Source of the DNA: Candidatus Tayloriibacteriota bacterium
Lineage (GTDB): Bacteria > Patescibacteriota > Minisyncoccia > Phycocordibacterales > UBA6065
DNA length: 64,000 nucleotides
Direction of reading: 5' to 3'
Assembly: GCA_016215405.1 (NCBI GenBank)
Contig: JACRJQ010000006.1
Span: forward strand, 481 to 64,480
Position 1 is the stretch's first letter, and the number at the start of each line of letters is the position of its first letter. This document shows positions 17,893 to 27,621 of this stretch, piece by piece. Under the pieces are notes generated by a model that had not been told where the DNA came from, ran no database searches, and saw nothing but the letters and a program-made list of their open reading frames with translations. Position numbers and translations under genes: made by a program.

Positions 17893-20156
17893 AGCGTTTT
17901 TGATTTTATCCTAAGAGAATTGCCTACTACCGAGACCGACGAGAACGCCATAGCGAGCCCGGCGAATATCGGATTGAGAAGCCATCCGAATATCGGATAG
18001 AAGAGGCCTCCCGCCAAAGGGATGCCGACGACATTATATACGAACGCCCAGAAAAGATTCTGCTTTATGCCCCTCATCGTCATCTTCGAGAGGCGTATCG
18101 CCTTTACCAGCTTGGATATGTCTCCATGGAGGAGCGTTATACCCGCAGACTCTATGGCCACGTCAGTACCGGTCGCCATAGCGATGCCGATATCGGCCTG
18201 AGCTAGCGCAGGGGCGTCGTTCACGCCGTCGCCCGCCATGGCCACGACCTCGCCCTTCGATTGGAGCTCTTGTATATGATTGAGCTTATCCTCCGGCATG
18301 ACTTCCGCGACCACTTCGTCGATACCCACCTTCGACGCTATCGCGCGAGCGGTATTGCGGCTATCCCCGGTGAGCATGACCGTCCTGAGACCGAGCTTTC
18401 TCAGCTCCTTTATAGCGACGATCGCCTCCGGCTTTACTGCGTCAGCGACGAGGACGATGCCCATGACTTCGCGCTTCGTCGCAAGGACTATCGGAGTCTT
18501 ACCCTCTAGGGTCTCGCGCTCGAGCAGAGCCAAATCGACGGCGAGGCCGAGGCTTATAGCGAGCTTAGGGCTGCCTGCGTAATACTCCACGCCCGCGATC
18601 TCGCCCCTAAGCCCCTTACCCTTTATTGCTTCGAAACCCGACACGCTTTGAAGCGCGACCTTCTTCCTTTCCGCATACGCGACGATGGCGTGCGCTATAG
18701 GATGCTCCGACCTCTTTTCAAGCGAGGCGAGGATCGACACGAGCTCGTCGTCGCCCTTAGCGGCCACTCTCTCTATCGACACGAGCTCGGGCTTCCCTTT
18801 CGTGATAGTCCCTGTCTTGTCGAAGACGATGACCGTCGCCTTGTGGAGCTTTTCGAGAGTCGCGGCATCCTTGATGAGGATCCCTTCTCGCGCGCCCTTG
18901 CCTACGCCGACGATTATCGCAGTCGGCGTAGCGAGCCCTAACGCGCATGGACACGCGATGACGAGAATGCCCACGAACGACGAGAGGCCGTACGATATCG
19001 CAGCCGAGAAGCCGAGATATGACGCTCCCACCGTAAGCCATAAGGCGAGAGAGACGAGCGCGAGGATAAGCACGATAGGGACGAATACTCCGGATATCTT
19101 GTCGGCAAGCGCCTGTATAGGCGCTTTCGAGCCCTGAGCCTCCTCGACCATCTTTACGATATGCGCGAGCATGGTCTCTGAGCCGACCTTCGTCGCCCTA
19201 AACGTGAATGTGCCCGTGGTATTGAGGGTGCCTCCAACGACAAGGTCGCCCGCTTTCTTCTCTGTCGGCACAGGCTCCCCCGTGATCATAGATTCATCGA
19301 CGAACGACGCTCCGTCGACGAGGACGCCATCTACAGGGATCTTGCCCGCAGGCTTGACCACGATCACGTCGCCGAGCGCGACCTCTCCCGCAGGTATCTC
19401 GACTTCGACGCCGTCCCGGATGACGAGAGCGGTCTTCGCCTGAAGCCCCAAGAGCTTCTCTATGGCGTCTCCCGTCTTTTTCTTCGACCTTGCTTCGAGA
19501 TATTTCCCTAGCGTCACGAAGCCTACGACGACGATGGTGACGTCGAAATACGTATATTCAGGGAGAGCCAGGGCGGAAGCGAACGCGGGCACGAGCAATA
19601 TAAGCGAGCTATATATGAACGCCGCGAGCGTCCCTATGCCGATGAGAGTATCCATATTCGCAGCCCCGTGTCTGGCGAATCTGGCGACGCCCTTTATGAA
19701 AGGCAGGCCTATCCAGAACATGAACACCGCGGAAAGGACGAGAAGGGCTGGCTCGAATATCTCCATAGGCAACGGAAGGTTCGGCACGGACGAGAACGTC
19801 TGCGCCGCGATATCCCAGAGCATGAGAGCGAATACCGCTATCGTCACAGGGAATGAGAACTGCGCTTTGGAATGCAGCGCGTGGACGTCTCCGTCGTGGT
19901 CGTGCTTTGCCGCAGCGCCGTCATTCTGAGGCGCCCCTTCTCGCGACGGCTCTTCGAGCGAGTATCCGAGCTTCTCTATCTCGGCGTTAAGTTCCAGGAC
20001 ACTGGTTTTTTTCGAGTCGAGCTCGATCACGGCCTTCTCGTTGCCATAATTGACCTCTGCGCTCGATACGCCCGGAACCCTCTTGAGCTTCTTCGAAATG
20101 ATTGTCGCGCAGCTCGCGCAATGCATCCCTTTTACTTTGAATATCGTTTTTGACAT
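17889..20156 (-). CDS. copA: Copper-translocating P1B-type ATPase
   Basis: N-terminal [14 protein letters not shown] motif [20 protein letters not shown] and [10 protein letters not shown]. Confidence 0.9.
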   Translation of the reverse strand: MSKTIFKVKGMHCASCATIISKKLKRVPGVSSAEVNYGNEKAVIELDSKKTSVLELNAEIEKLGYSLEEPSREGAPQNDGAAAKHDHDGDVHALHSKAQFSFPVTIAVFALMLWDIAAQTFSSVPNLPLPMEIFEPALLVLSAVFMFWIGLPFIKGVARFARHGAANMDTLIGIGTLAAFIYSSLILLVPAFASALALPEYTYFDVTIVVVGFVTLGKYLEARSKKKTGDAIEKLLGLQAKTALVIRDGVEVEIPAGEVALGDVIVVKPAGKIPVDGVLVDGASFVDESMITGEPVPTEKKAGDLVVGGTLNTTGTFTFRATKVGSETMLAHIVKMVEEAQGSKAPIQALADKISGVFVPIVLILALVSLALWLTVGASYLGFSAAISYGLSSFVGILVIACPCALGLATPTAIIVGVGKGAREGILIKDAATLEKLHKATVIVFDKTGTITKGKPELVSIERVAAKGDDELVSILASLEKRSEHPIAHAIVAYAERKKVALQSVSGFEAIKGKGLRGEIAGVEYYAGSPKLAISLGLAVDLALLERETLEGKTPIVLATKREVMGIVLVADAVKPEAIVAIKELRKLGLRTVMLTGDSRNTARAIASKVGIDEVVAEVMPEDKLNHIQELQSKGEVVAMAGDGVNDAPALAQADIGIAMATGTDVAIESAGITLLHGDISKLVKAIRLSKMTMRGIKQNLFWAFVYNVVGIPLAGGLFYPIFGWLLNPIFAGLAMAFSSVSVVGNSLRIKSKTL

Positions 20157-20161
20157 CGAGA

Positions 20162-20725
20162 TTAGACGTTATACCATTCGAGCCTCCATGACTTGAACGT
20201 CTCGAGGGTCGTCTTGAGGAACGCCTCGACCGCGTCTGCATTATCGAGGACCTCCGCTCTGCTCGACTTGGTCCTGGCTTCCTGCGTCATCTCTATGCCT
20301 GCCTCGTGATGGGAGATAAGGGCATTAAGGAATCTCAGATCGAACTTCTCGTCCGAAGGGCCGAGATTCGCGACGACAGGATCCTGAGCTTCTCGTGCGT
20401 CTCCATACCAAGCCCTCTTCCATGAATAGAGCTCGGCGATGAGCTTTGGCTCGCCTGCGAGGATATCCTTCGAAAGGCTCTTTATCTCCTGTCTTTTCGC
20501 GCCCTGCGCCGCCTGCTCTGCGAGGAGCATGGCGCCGCGATGATGGGCGGCCATGGCGTCGATATACCTCTTGTCGAGGCTCTTATCGGCCCTCCCGAGG
20601 CCCATCGTGCCCTTCTCATACATCGAGGTCCTGTATTCGGGCGAAAAGGAGTAACCGACCGCTGCGCCCAGAAGGCCCGACGTCACCATTAAACCCGTCG
20701 CGAGATAGATAGATATTTTGTTCAT
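20162..20725 (-). CDS. DUF305 family protein (ferritin-like, linked to copper resistance)
   Basis: Duplicated D..F...M..HH.GA..M motif: [21 protein letters not shown] and [21 protein letters not shown]. Signal/TM at the N-terminus. Confidence 0.75.
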   Translation of the reverse strand: MNKISIYLATGLMVTSGLLGAAVGYSFSPEYRTSMYEKGTMGLGRADKSLDKRYIDAMAAHHRGAMLLAEQAAQGAKRQEIKSLSKDILAGEPKLIAELYSWKRAWYGDAREAQDPVVANLGPSDEKFDLRFLNALISHHEAGIEMTQEARTKSSRAEVLDNADAVEAFLKTTLETFKSWRLEWYNV

Positions 20726-20745
20726 ATAAATTTGTTATGGTTCGA

Positions 20746-21015
20746 TTATCTGCGCTTAAGCCTATAGACCTTAAGGATCTCTTCTTTCGCCTTGTCCTCT
20801 TCCCCCGCCTTTACTTGGTCGATAGCGCAGGTGGACAAGTGGTTCTCCATGACCGCGTCCTCGATCCCGGAGAGGGCCTGCTTGACGGCTGAGGTCTGGG
20901 TTATCACGTCGATGCAATACACGTCGCTCTCTATCATCTCCGCGAGCCCTCGCACCTGACCTTCGACTATCTTGAGGCGGCGAAGGAGCGCCTCTTTTGA
21001 AAATTGTTTTTTCAT
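20746..21015 (-). CDS. csoR: Copper-sensing transcriptional repressor CsoR
   Basis: RRLKIVEGQVRGLAEMIESDVYCIDVITQ...ENHLSTCAI (the C-H-C triad). The start is chosen at MKKQF (21015); in-frame alternatives lie at 21027 and 21072. Confidence 0.7.
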   Translation of the reverse strand: MKKQFSKEALLRRLKIVEGQVRGLAEMIESDVYCIDVITQTSAVKQALSGIEDAVMENHLSTCAIDQVKAGEEDKAKEEILKVYRLKRR

Positions 21016-21025
21016 ATCCGACAGC

Positions 21026-21046
21026 ATATACCCCCTGGGGGTATAT
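21026..21046. promoter_or_regulatory. Putative CsoR operator, a perfect palindrome at the csoR start
   Basis: ATATACCCCCTGGGGGTATAT is a GC-core inverted repeat of the type CsoR binds. Confidence 0.55.
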
Positions 21047-21098
21047 GTCAACTGCGTACGGGGAGGACGCATAAAACAGCGAGTGGTATAGTACAGAC

Positions 21099-21944
21099 AT
21101 GACTATAAAGCCCTCCCTCCTGGCCGTAGCGGCGCTCGCACTGGTCTCGCTCTGCCCTCTTTCACTGCTCGGCGCAACGGGCGTAGGCTTCGTTAAAAGC
21201 CCTCTTTGGTTCTCAAAATCCTCCTTCGCCGAGGGAGAGACTGTGAAGATATTCACCGCTCTTCAGAATTCGAGCGACTCGGACCTGAGAGGCCGCATGG
21301 TCTTCTATTCTGACGGAAAGGAGATAGGGTCCTCCTCATTCTCGATACTCTCAGGAAACTCAGAGGTGATCTGGTCGAAATTCTCGGCCGAGGCGGGCTC
21401 GCACAGGTTCTCTGCCAAGATCGTGGGAGGCACGCTCGAAGGCGATGACGGCTCCACCGAGCCCGTCGCAGAGTCCGCGACCGAGGCCATAGAGATAGCG
21501 GTCCTTCCCCGCCCCGCGGACGCTCCCAAAAAGGACTATGTCGCATCGGCCACCGATTGGCTCATCGAAAGATCGGCCGCGGTCGAAAGCGAGGAAGCCG
21601 AAACGGCGCCGAGCGAGGTCTCAGACCTTATCGCCAAGATCGATGCGAAGAATTCGACCGTAAAGGGTGCCCTCGACGCCGTAAAAGGCGCGATAGCGAA
21701 AGCTGACGAGGCGATAGAGAGCGCTCAGGAAAAGCTCCTCGATAAGAGCCGCGAATACAGGGAAAGAAAAAAGGATGACGGCACTGCGTCCCCTTTCGAT
21801 AACGCCGCCGCGCTATTCTTCGCGGCGGGCTCCGCCTTTCTCGGATGGAAGACCGCCGTCTATCTCATCGCTCTATATGCCCTCTGGAAGGCCTTCCGAT
21901 TCTCTGTGCGGACGATAAAAGGGATCGGCTCAACCGAGGAGTAA
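21099..21944 (+). CDS. Hypothetical exported protein with a C-terminal TM anchor
   Basis: Signal peptide MTIKPSLLAVAALALVSLCPLSLLGA; an acidic coiled-coil middle; C-terminal TM VYLIALYALWKAF. Confidence 0.5.
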   Translation: MTIKPSLLAVAALALVSLCPLSLLGATGVGFVKSPLWFSKSSFAEGETVKIFTALQNSSDSDLRGRMVFYSDGKEIGSSSFSILSGNSEVIWSKFSAEAGSHRFSAKIVGGTLEGDDGSTEPVAESATEAIEIAVLPRPADAPKKDYVASATDWLIERSAAVESEEAETAPSEVSDLIAKIDAKNSTVKGALDAVKGAIAKADEAIESAQEKLLDKSREYRERKKDDGTASPFDNAAALFFAAGSAFLGWKTAVYLIALYALWKAFRFSVRTIKGIGSTEE

Positions 21945-21946
21945 GC

Positions 21947-23242
21947 CTATCTCTTCGCCCATTCGTCTTCCTGTCTCACGAGGAGCTCGCTCGCTTTGGA
22001 CGGATCGGCGAGGAGCGCCTTCGAGACCTTCTCCATCCTCATCGATTGAGAGCCTTTGACGAGTATGGCATCGCCCGCTCGCGCCAGATCTGCGACCGTC
22101 TTCGCCGCCTCTTCGGACGAATCGAAGAGCCTTATCATATCCTTCGGCATGCCGGCCTCGCTCGCGCCCGCCGCGATGTATCTCGACATCTCGCCTACCG
22201 CGAAGAGCATGTGGAGGCTCTCCCCGACGAGCCTGCCGATCTCCCTATGCGCACTTTCGGCGTTCTCTCCGAGCTCCTTCATATCGCCGAGCGCTGCGAT
22301 CTTCCTGCCGCGTATCGAGAGGCTCGAGAGCGCCTTTATCGCCTCCGCGCATGCCAAAGGAGACGAATTATAGGTATCGTCGAGGACGATAGACCCAGAG
22401 GTCCCGTCGAGCATCCGCATCCGGCCTTTCGGAGATTCGAATCCATCGAAGGCGCTCGGCACGACTCCCTCTATGTGTAGGACTCTCGCGACGGCGCAGG
22501 CGGCGGCGAGAGGATAGACCAAGTGGTCGCCGAGGACGCCTCTGAGCTCTATCTGCGCTTCTCTGCCACCCAGATCGATGACGGCCCTCTGGCCTACAGG
22601 AAGGCCGCGAACGCCCTTGTCGTATGCGATCGACGACTCGACGATGCGAGGCATCGCCCCCTTCGACGACCCGTAGAATACCTTCGTCGCGGAGATATCC
22701 TTGACGGCCTGTTCGAAGAGCAGGTCGTCGGCGTTCACGACGAGAGTCCCTTCCGGCCTTAGCGCGTGCGCCAGGAACATCTTCTCGCGCAAGACCGCCT
22801 TCGAGTCGGGAAAATTCTCTACGTGCACAGGGACGAGGGACATGCGAGTGAGGACCACGATGTCCGGGCGAAGCCATTTGGAGACGGACTCTATATCCCC
22901 AGGACGGTCCGCGCCCACTTCGAGGACGAGGAGCTCCGGAAAACTTTTAGAGAGGAACGCGGCCTTGAACCCCTTTACGATATTCGCCGCCCAGAGCGAA
23001 GCGGACGACCATCCGTTCTCGAGGCCGAGGATGGCGAGAGGCAAGCCTATCTCGCTATTCATGCTCTTCTGGCTCTTGCGGGCCTTAAAGGAAGCGGATA
23101 CGACGGCATAGACCGCATCCTTGGTGGAAGTCTTGCCCACGTTCCCTGTTATCGCGATGATGCCTGGGTCGTGACGCCTCAAAGCCGCCTTGGCTTCCCA
23201 GGTGAGGACGGCTACGATTATTTTCTTTAGAAGCGATTTCAT
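21947..23242 (-). CDS. murF: UDP-N-acetylmuramoyl-tripeptide--D-alanyl-D-alanine ligase
   Basis: ATP-binding ITGNVGKTSTKD and Mur ligase middle and C-terminal blocks, in a dcw-cluster context. Confidence 0.85.
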   Translation of the reverse strand: MKSLLKKIIVAVLTWEAKAALRRHDPGIIAITGNVGKTSTKDAVYAVVSASFKARKSQKSMNSEIGLPLAILGLENGWSSASLWAANIVKGFKAAFLSKSFPELLVLEVGADRPGDIESVSKWLRPDIVVLTRMSLVPVHVENFPDSKAVLREKMFLAHALRPEGTLVVNADDLLFEQAVKDISATKVFYGSSKGAMPRIVESSIAYDKGVRGLPVGQRAVIDLGGREAQIELRGVLGDHLVYPLAAACAVARVLHIEGVVPSAFDGFESPKGRMRMLDGTSGSIVLDDTYNSSPLACAEAIKALSSLSIRGRKIAALGDMKELGENAESAHREIGRLVGESLHMLFAVGEMSRYIAAGASEAGMPKDMIRLFDSSEEAAKTVADLARAGDAILVKGSQSMRMEKVSKALLADPSKASELLVRQEDEWAKR

Positions 23243-24957
23243 CTATCCGGCGCTATCTCGTAATAATTAATCAAGAACTTCGTAAGGTCAATGAACGGCA
23301 TCGTGAGGGTGTGGGAGGCGTATTGCGCGCCCTTAGGGTAGACGGTGAAGAGGAATACGATGAACCGCGGCTTATACGCCGGAAAATACCCGAAGAAGGA
23401 GTGTAGATATCTGTCGTCGTAATAGCCTCCCCCTTCGGCCTTCGCTATCTGAGCCGTGCCCGTCTTCGCCGCGATCGAATAGCGAGGGATCTTGACCGTG
23501 CCTCCGAGGAGGGCTTTATCGACCACATTCACGAGCATCTTCGTTATCGTCTCGGAGGTCTCGGGCTCGAGCACCTGTTCGGTCTCGTCATACGTGAGGT
23601 CCTTCGAATCTCCCGACGTGTACTCGATCCTCCGCACGAGATGAGGGTTAGGCAAGAAGCCGCCATTGCCGAGAGCCGAGAGCGCGCGTACCGTCTCTAT
23701 GGGGGTCATCGCTATGCCTTGGCCGAACGACGCGGTGACGTGCTCGATGTCGCGAGGGCTCTTGAGGTTGTTCACGAGGCCATGGACTTCTCCAGGAAGG
23801 TCTATGCCCGTCTCCTCGCCGAAGCCGTACGACATGAAATACCTCGTGAGCCTCTCATTGCCGAGCTTTTGCGCCACGAATGCCATTCCGGTATTGAGCG
23901 ATTCGTTGAGGACATGCTGCATGTCGATGACGCCCCTTCCTTTGCCGTCGAAGTTAGAGACTTTCGCCCCGTTCACGAGGACATAGCCTTGGTCGTTATA
24001 CGTAGACTCCGGCGTGATAACGCCCGCGTCGAGGCCCGCCGCCATGGCTAGAGGCTTTATGATAGAGCCCATCTCGTAGACGCGGTCCACGTGGGGATTG
24101 CCGAATATCGAAGTCGCCTTCTCTTTCGAGAAGTCGTTCGGATCGAACGTCGGAGCCACCGCCATAGCGTATATCTCTCCGGTGTAAGGATCCATGACGA
24201 TACCTCCGGTAAGGTCAGAGCTCCATTTGTCAGAGACGCCCGAGATCTTTCGCTCGAGCTCCGCCTGCACGGACGGCTCTATGGTAGTGACGATATCGCC
24301 CTCGGACTCCTCGCCCTTAAAGAGCGCGCCGCTTATATCGGAGAAGACCTGCGCGAAGAAATTCACATAGAGGCCCGGGGTCTGGCGGCTCAGTATATCG
24401 TTGTAGTAGCGCTCGAGCCCGTAGCGCCCCGATACGGTCTTGCCGTCCTCACCGAAGCCTATGATGCCGAGGACGTTGGCGGCGGACTTTCCGCCCGGAT
24501 ATATCCTCCACTGCTCTTTATATGCGCTCACGCCCGTAAGGTCGAGGCTCTCGATCCTCTCTTTCGTCGCTTCGTCGACTCTCTTTGCCGCCTCGCCGTA
24601 GGTCTTGTCGGACTCGATCTTAGAGAGGAGCTCTTCGGCGTCGACGGACAGTATCCCCGAGAGGGCGTTGTAGACGTCTTCAGGATGCTCCATCTTCTTC
24701 GGTTCGATCGTGACGGTATATCCGCTCGCGAGCCCTGCGGCCGAGAGGGTCCCGCCCTTTCGAGGGGAGAACAGGATAGAGCCGCGGTCGAAAGCGGCAG
24801 CGCCCTTCTTTACATACTGTCTGTCGGCCTGGCTGCGGTAATCGTCGCTTCGCACCGCCTGCAGGTAATAGAGCCTGCCTACGAGCACGAGAGCGCACGC
24901 GCACATAAAGCCTCCTATGAGCCTTATCCGCCCAAGCCTTAAAGCGTTCGGGGCCAT
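23239..24957 (-). CDS. ftsI: Peptidoglycan D,D-transpeptidase FtsI (class B PBP)
   Basis: N-terminal TM; SxxK (GSIIKPL), SxN and KTGTA motifs; located between ftsL and murF. Confidence 0.85.
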   Translation of the reverse strand: MAPNALRLGRIRLIGGFMCACALVLVGRLYYLQAVRSDDYRSQADRQYVKKGAAAFDRGSILFSPRKGGTLSAAGLASGYTVTIEPKKMEHPEDVYNALSGILSVDAEELLSKIESDKTYGEAAKRVDEATKERIESLDLTGVSAYKEQWRIYPGGKSAANVLGIIGFGEDGKTVSGRYGLERYYNDILSRQTPGLYVNFFAQVFSDISGALFKGEESEGDIVTTIEPSVQAELERKISGVSDKWSSDLTGGIVMDPYTGEIYAMAVAPTFDPNDFSKEKATSIFGNPHVDRVYEMGSIIKPLAMAAGLDAGVITPESTYNDQGYVLVNGAKVSNFDGKGRGVIDMQHVLNESLNTGMAFVAQKLGNERLTRYFMSYGFGEETGIDLPGEVHGLVNNLKSPRDIEHVTASFGQGIAMTPIETVRALSALGNGGFLPNPHLVRRIEYTSGDSKDLTYDETEQVLEPETSETITKMLVNVVDKALLGGTVKIPRYSIAAKTGTAQIAKAEGGGYYDDRYLHSFFGYFPAYKPRFIVFLFTVYPKGAQYASHTLTMPFIDLTKFLINYYEIAPDR

Positions 24958-24966
24958 CTTCGAGTC

Positions 24967-25284
24967 TTACCTATTGAACGAGAGAGGGGCCGTAGGCCTC
25001 TTTGCGACGTATACGGCGTCTGAAGACTCCTTGTAGCCGAGGGAATGGGCGTACGCGAGGTCGATAGACGATTTTTTCGCCATATACTCCGCCTCGATCG
25101 AGCCCGCTTTCGAGGTAAGGGCGAGGATATCTCCGCGGAGAGCCTTCGCGGCGACCATGTTCGAGACCGCGCCGTTTATGAAATAGGCGTAGCAGAGAAG
25201 AAGCGCGAATATGGCGCCCAAAAGAGACCATGCGATGACCGGCCTTTCCATCTTTTCTACCCTTTCCTGTACATACTGCGTCAT
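24967..25284 (-). CDS. ftsL: Putative cell division protein FtsL
   Basis: Small bitopic protein (TM VIAWSLLGAIFALLLCYAYFI) between rsmH and ftsI. The start is chosen at MTQYVQ (25284) so it does not overlap rsmH; the ORF track start is 25425. Confidence 0.45.
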   Translation of the reverse strand: MTQYVQERVEKMERPVIAWSLLGAIFALLLCYAYFINGAVSNMVAAKALRGDILALTSKAGSIEAEYMAKKSSIDLAYAHSLGYKESSDAVYVAKRPTAPLSFNR

Positions 25285-25304
25285 ATTCGTTTTTCTAGAT
25301 TCTG

Positions 25305-26192
25305 TTAATTTTTTATGAAAACCCTCAATTTCGAGCTTCTCGACCTGGGATTCCTCTCTTTCTCCTCGTCCGTAGGCTCTATAGGCTTCTTCGTCGATTG
25401 GCTTCCTAAGCCCTGCTTCTGCCATTCCTTGAAAGCGACCTTCACTATCCTGTCCTCGAGGCTATGGAAAGAGATGACCGCCATCCTCCCTTGCGGAGAG
25501 AGGATCCTCATCCCCTCTTCGAGCCCCTTTCGAAGGCTTCCGAGCTCGTCGTTCACCGCTATCCTCAGGGCCTGAAAGGTCCTCGTCGCCGGATGGATCT
25601 TTCCCCTGCGATAGACGGCGGGGACGGAAGACCTCACGATCTCCGAGAGAGCCATGGAGGTCTCGATAGGGGCGGCTTCGCGCGCGAGGACTATCGCTCT
25701 CGCGATCCTCCTCGCATACCTCTCTTCGCCGTAGGCATAGATGACGTTCGCGATGTCCTCTTCGGCCCAGCCGTTCACGACGTCCCTCGCGGAGAAAGCT
25801 CCTTCGGCGAGCTCCTTCTCCATCGTCATAAGGAGAGGCTCGTCGAAGCGGAACGTGAATCCCCTTTTTGACGAATCGAGCTGAGGCGATGAGATGCCGA
25901 GGTCGAGGAGTATCTTGTCGGCTGCTTCCTTGCCAGCCTTCTCGAGGAAAAGGCCCATGTCTTTGAAATTCCCGAGAAAGAGCCTGAAGCTCGCCCCTAT
26001 CGATCCGAGCCTTTCTTCGGATCCCCTCAAAGCGTCCTCGTCCCTGTCGATCCCGATGATGAAAATGCCAGGGACTCTCTTTGCCGCCTCGACCGAATGT
26101 CCGGCCCTACCGAGGGTGCCGTCGATGAGGACGTCCCCCGCCTTAAGGGCGAGACCTTCTATCGTTTCTTTTAAAAGAACTGGCTCGTGCAT
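25305..26192 (-). CDS. rsmH: 16S rRNA (cytosine1402-N4)-methyltransferase RsmH (MraW)
   Basis: MHEPVLLKETIEGLALKAGDVLIDGTLGRAGHS... The start is chosen at 26192; the ORF-track extension to 26354 would overlap mraZ. Confidence 0.85.
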   Translation of the reverse strand: MHEPVLLKETIEGLALKAGDVLIDGTLGRAGHSVEAAKRVPGIFIIGIDRDEDALRGSEERLGSIGASFRLFLGNFKDMGLFLEKAGKEAADKILLDLGISSPQLDSSKRGFTFRFDEPLLMTMEKELAEGAFSARDVVNGWAEEDIANVIYAYGEERYARRIARAIVLAREAAPIETSMALSEIVRSSVPAVYRRGKIHPATRTFQALRIAVNDELGSLRKGLEEGMRILSPQGRMAVISFHSLEDRIVKVAFKEWQKQGLGSQSTKKPIEPTDEEKERNPRSRSSKLRVFIKN

Positions 26193-26203
26193 AAGCTCAG
26201 GGC

Positions 26204-26638
26204 TTAGAGCACGCCGACCTGACCGAGCTTCTCGGCCAAGGCTCCCGCCTTGCCCTCGACGCCCTTCTTGTAAGCTGTCCACGCCTTGTCGTTCCATATC
26301 TCGACTCGGGATTGGACGCCTACCACCGACACTTTGCCCTTGAGGTTTCCCCACTCTTTGAGGAAGTCCGGGACGAGGATGCGACCTATCGAATCGATAT
26401 CCGCTTCTATCGCCCCTCCGAACATGAATCGGGAGAACGACCTGTTATCCGCCTGTCCCAAAGAGGCCTCCGAGAGCTTCACTGTGATCCTCTCCCACTC
26501 TTTAGGCGTGAAAACGAATAGACAATGGTCGAGACCAGGGGTCACTACCACTTTTTTCCCCATCTTCTCTCGGAACTTCACCGGCAGAGAGATGCGGTTC
26601 TTCTCGTCTATCGAGTGCGTGTACTCGCCTATGAGCAT
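26204..26638 (-). CDS. mraZ: Transcriptional regulator MraZ
   Basis: MLIGEYTHSIDEKNRISLPVKFREK...GRILVPDFLKEW, a duplicated SpoVT/AbrB-like MraZ fold. Confidence 0.85.
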   Translation of the reverse strand: MLIGEYTHSIDEKNRISLPVKFREKMGKKVVVTPGLDHCLFVFTPKEWERITVKLSEASLGQADNRSFSRFMFGGAIEADIDSIGRILVPDFLKEWGNLKGKVSVVGVQSRVEIWNDKAWTAYKKGVEGKAGALAEKLGQVGVL

Positions 26639-26779
26639 AGAGGTCGTTAGCGTTTCGACGGATTATTCCTCTTCACCGCTACGGGCTGGCGGAGCCGCAA
26701 GCCCTTCACCTGCGACAGCTTTATCTCGTACGTACCGAACTTGCCGATGATCTTGTACGTCGCTTGTTTTATTCGCATG

Positions 26780-26890
26780 TGTTCCGTGGGATTTTATCGG
26801 GGAAACCTATGTTTCCACCTTTTCCCACTTGGCTTATATTTTATAACACTTCATCCCACATTGATACACGGTTATCCACATTCCCCTACT
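26780..26890 (-). promoter_or_regulatory. Putative mraZ promoter/operator region with GTGGG-type direct repeats
   Basis: The minus strand reads TGTGGAT...TGTGGGA...AGTGGGAaaagGTGGAAac, plus TATAAAAT and the palindrome GGAAACctatGTTTCC, in an AT-rich pocket upstream of mraZ. Confidence 0.35.
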
Positions 26891-26949
26891 CGAGAACGGA
26901 ACTGGAAAAGCGCAAGGAAACAAAGCGCGGAAAGGCTCCGTAGAGGCGC

Positions 26950-26984
26950 AAAAAAAAGCGCCGTCTCCTTTCGGTAGACGGCGC
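26950..26984 (-). terminator. Rho-independent terminator after gene 27009..27497
   Basis: The minus strand reads gcgccgtctaccgaaaggagacggcgc followed by ttttttt. Confidence 0.65.
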
Positions 26985-27008
26985 TCGCGGCTTTGCGGGT
27001 GGGAGCTT

Positions 27009-27497
27009 TCAGCCTTTGGCGGGCTCGCTGTCGGCCTTCGAGTCGCGGCCGACGATCTCGACCAGGACGGCGCCGGCGAGCCCAGAGAGCGGATTGCCTT
27101 CGCTCTTCCAGACGACGACCTGGAAGCCTTCGCGGATAGCGGCTTCCACTCCGGAGTTCGCGGTCTCGGGAAAGAGCTCGTAGACGCGCGCCCAGAAGTC
27201 GCTCTTCACGGCGTGCGCGGCGCGGTTGATGACGTTGGCATGGAGCGTCACCTCGTCGAGCTTCGCCTTGAGCTTCTCGGCCTCCTCGCGGGTGGACGGG
27301 CGCAAGGTCTCGAGATAGTCGCTCACGTAGTTCGCCGTGCGCACATGGAGGCTGTAGAGCGAGCGCGCGACCGGATCCTCGATGGTGCCGAGGACCTTTT
27401 CGCCGGGCTCGACCTTGCCTTCCGGAAGATGCGAATCGTGAGTCGACTGGCCGAGGAGTATTTGGGCGTGCTGGAGCTGGATTGCGGTGAGTTTCAT
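27009..27497 (-). CDS. Hypothetical protein
   Basis: A 162-aa ORF with 65% GC and clean codon usage; no recognisable motif. Confidence 0.5.
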   Translation of the reverse strand: MKLTAIQLQHAQILLGQSTHDSHLPEGKVEPGEKVLGTIEDPVARSLYSLHVRTANYVSDYLETLRPSTREEAEKLKAKLDEVTLHANVINRAAHAVKSDFWARVYELFPETANSGVEAAIREGFQVVVWKSEGNPLSGLAGAVLVEIVGRDSKADSEPAKG

Positions 27498-27585
27498 GAT
27501 GAGCTGGGGTTCTGAGGCGGAACATCGCGGGCTTGCGATGGTGTCCGAAATTTAAATTACCTCTTTTTTTCGCTTTGTCAATAGC

Positions 27586-27607
27586 ACGAAAAAGCCCCTA
27601 TCGGGGC
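27586..27607 (-). terminator. Weak terminator after gene 27622..28191
   Basis: gcccc-tatc-ggggc followed by a U-run on the minus strand. Confidence 0.35.
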
Positions 27608-27621
27608 CTCGCTCGAGAGGG

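Noticed and set aside
20771-21256. 161-aa minus-strand ORF overlapping csoR and the divergent gene
   Set aside because: It is in a different frame from csoR, which carries the recognisable C-H-C repressor motif, and it crosses the operator palindrome.
24091-24942. 283-aa + strand ORF
   Set aside because: It is antisense to ftsI (clear SxxK/SxN/KTG motifs on the minus strand).
25305-26354. ORF-track N-terminal extension of rsmH (to 26354), and similar 5' extensions of the second mreB (to 42410), frr (to 39930), csoR (to 21072) and ftsL (to 25425)
   Set aside because: The extensions are not homologous to the respective families and would overlap upstream genes or operators. Internal Met codons at the family-typical N-termini were chosen instead.
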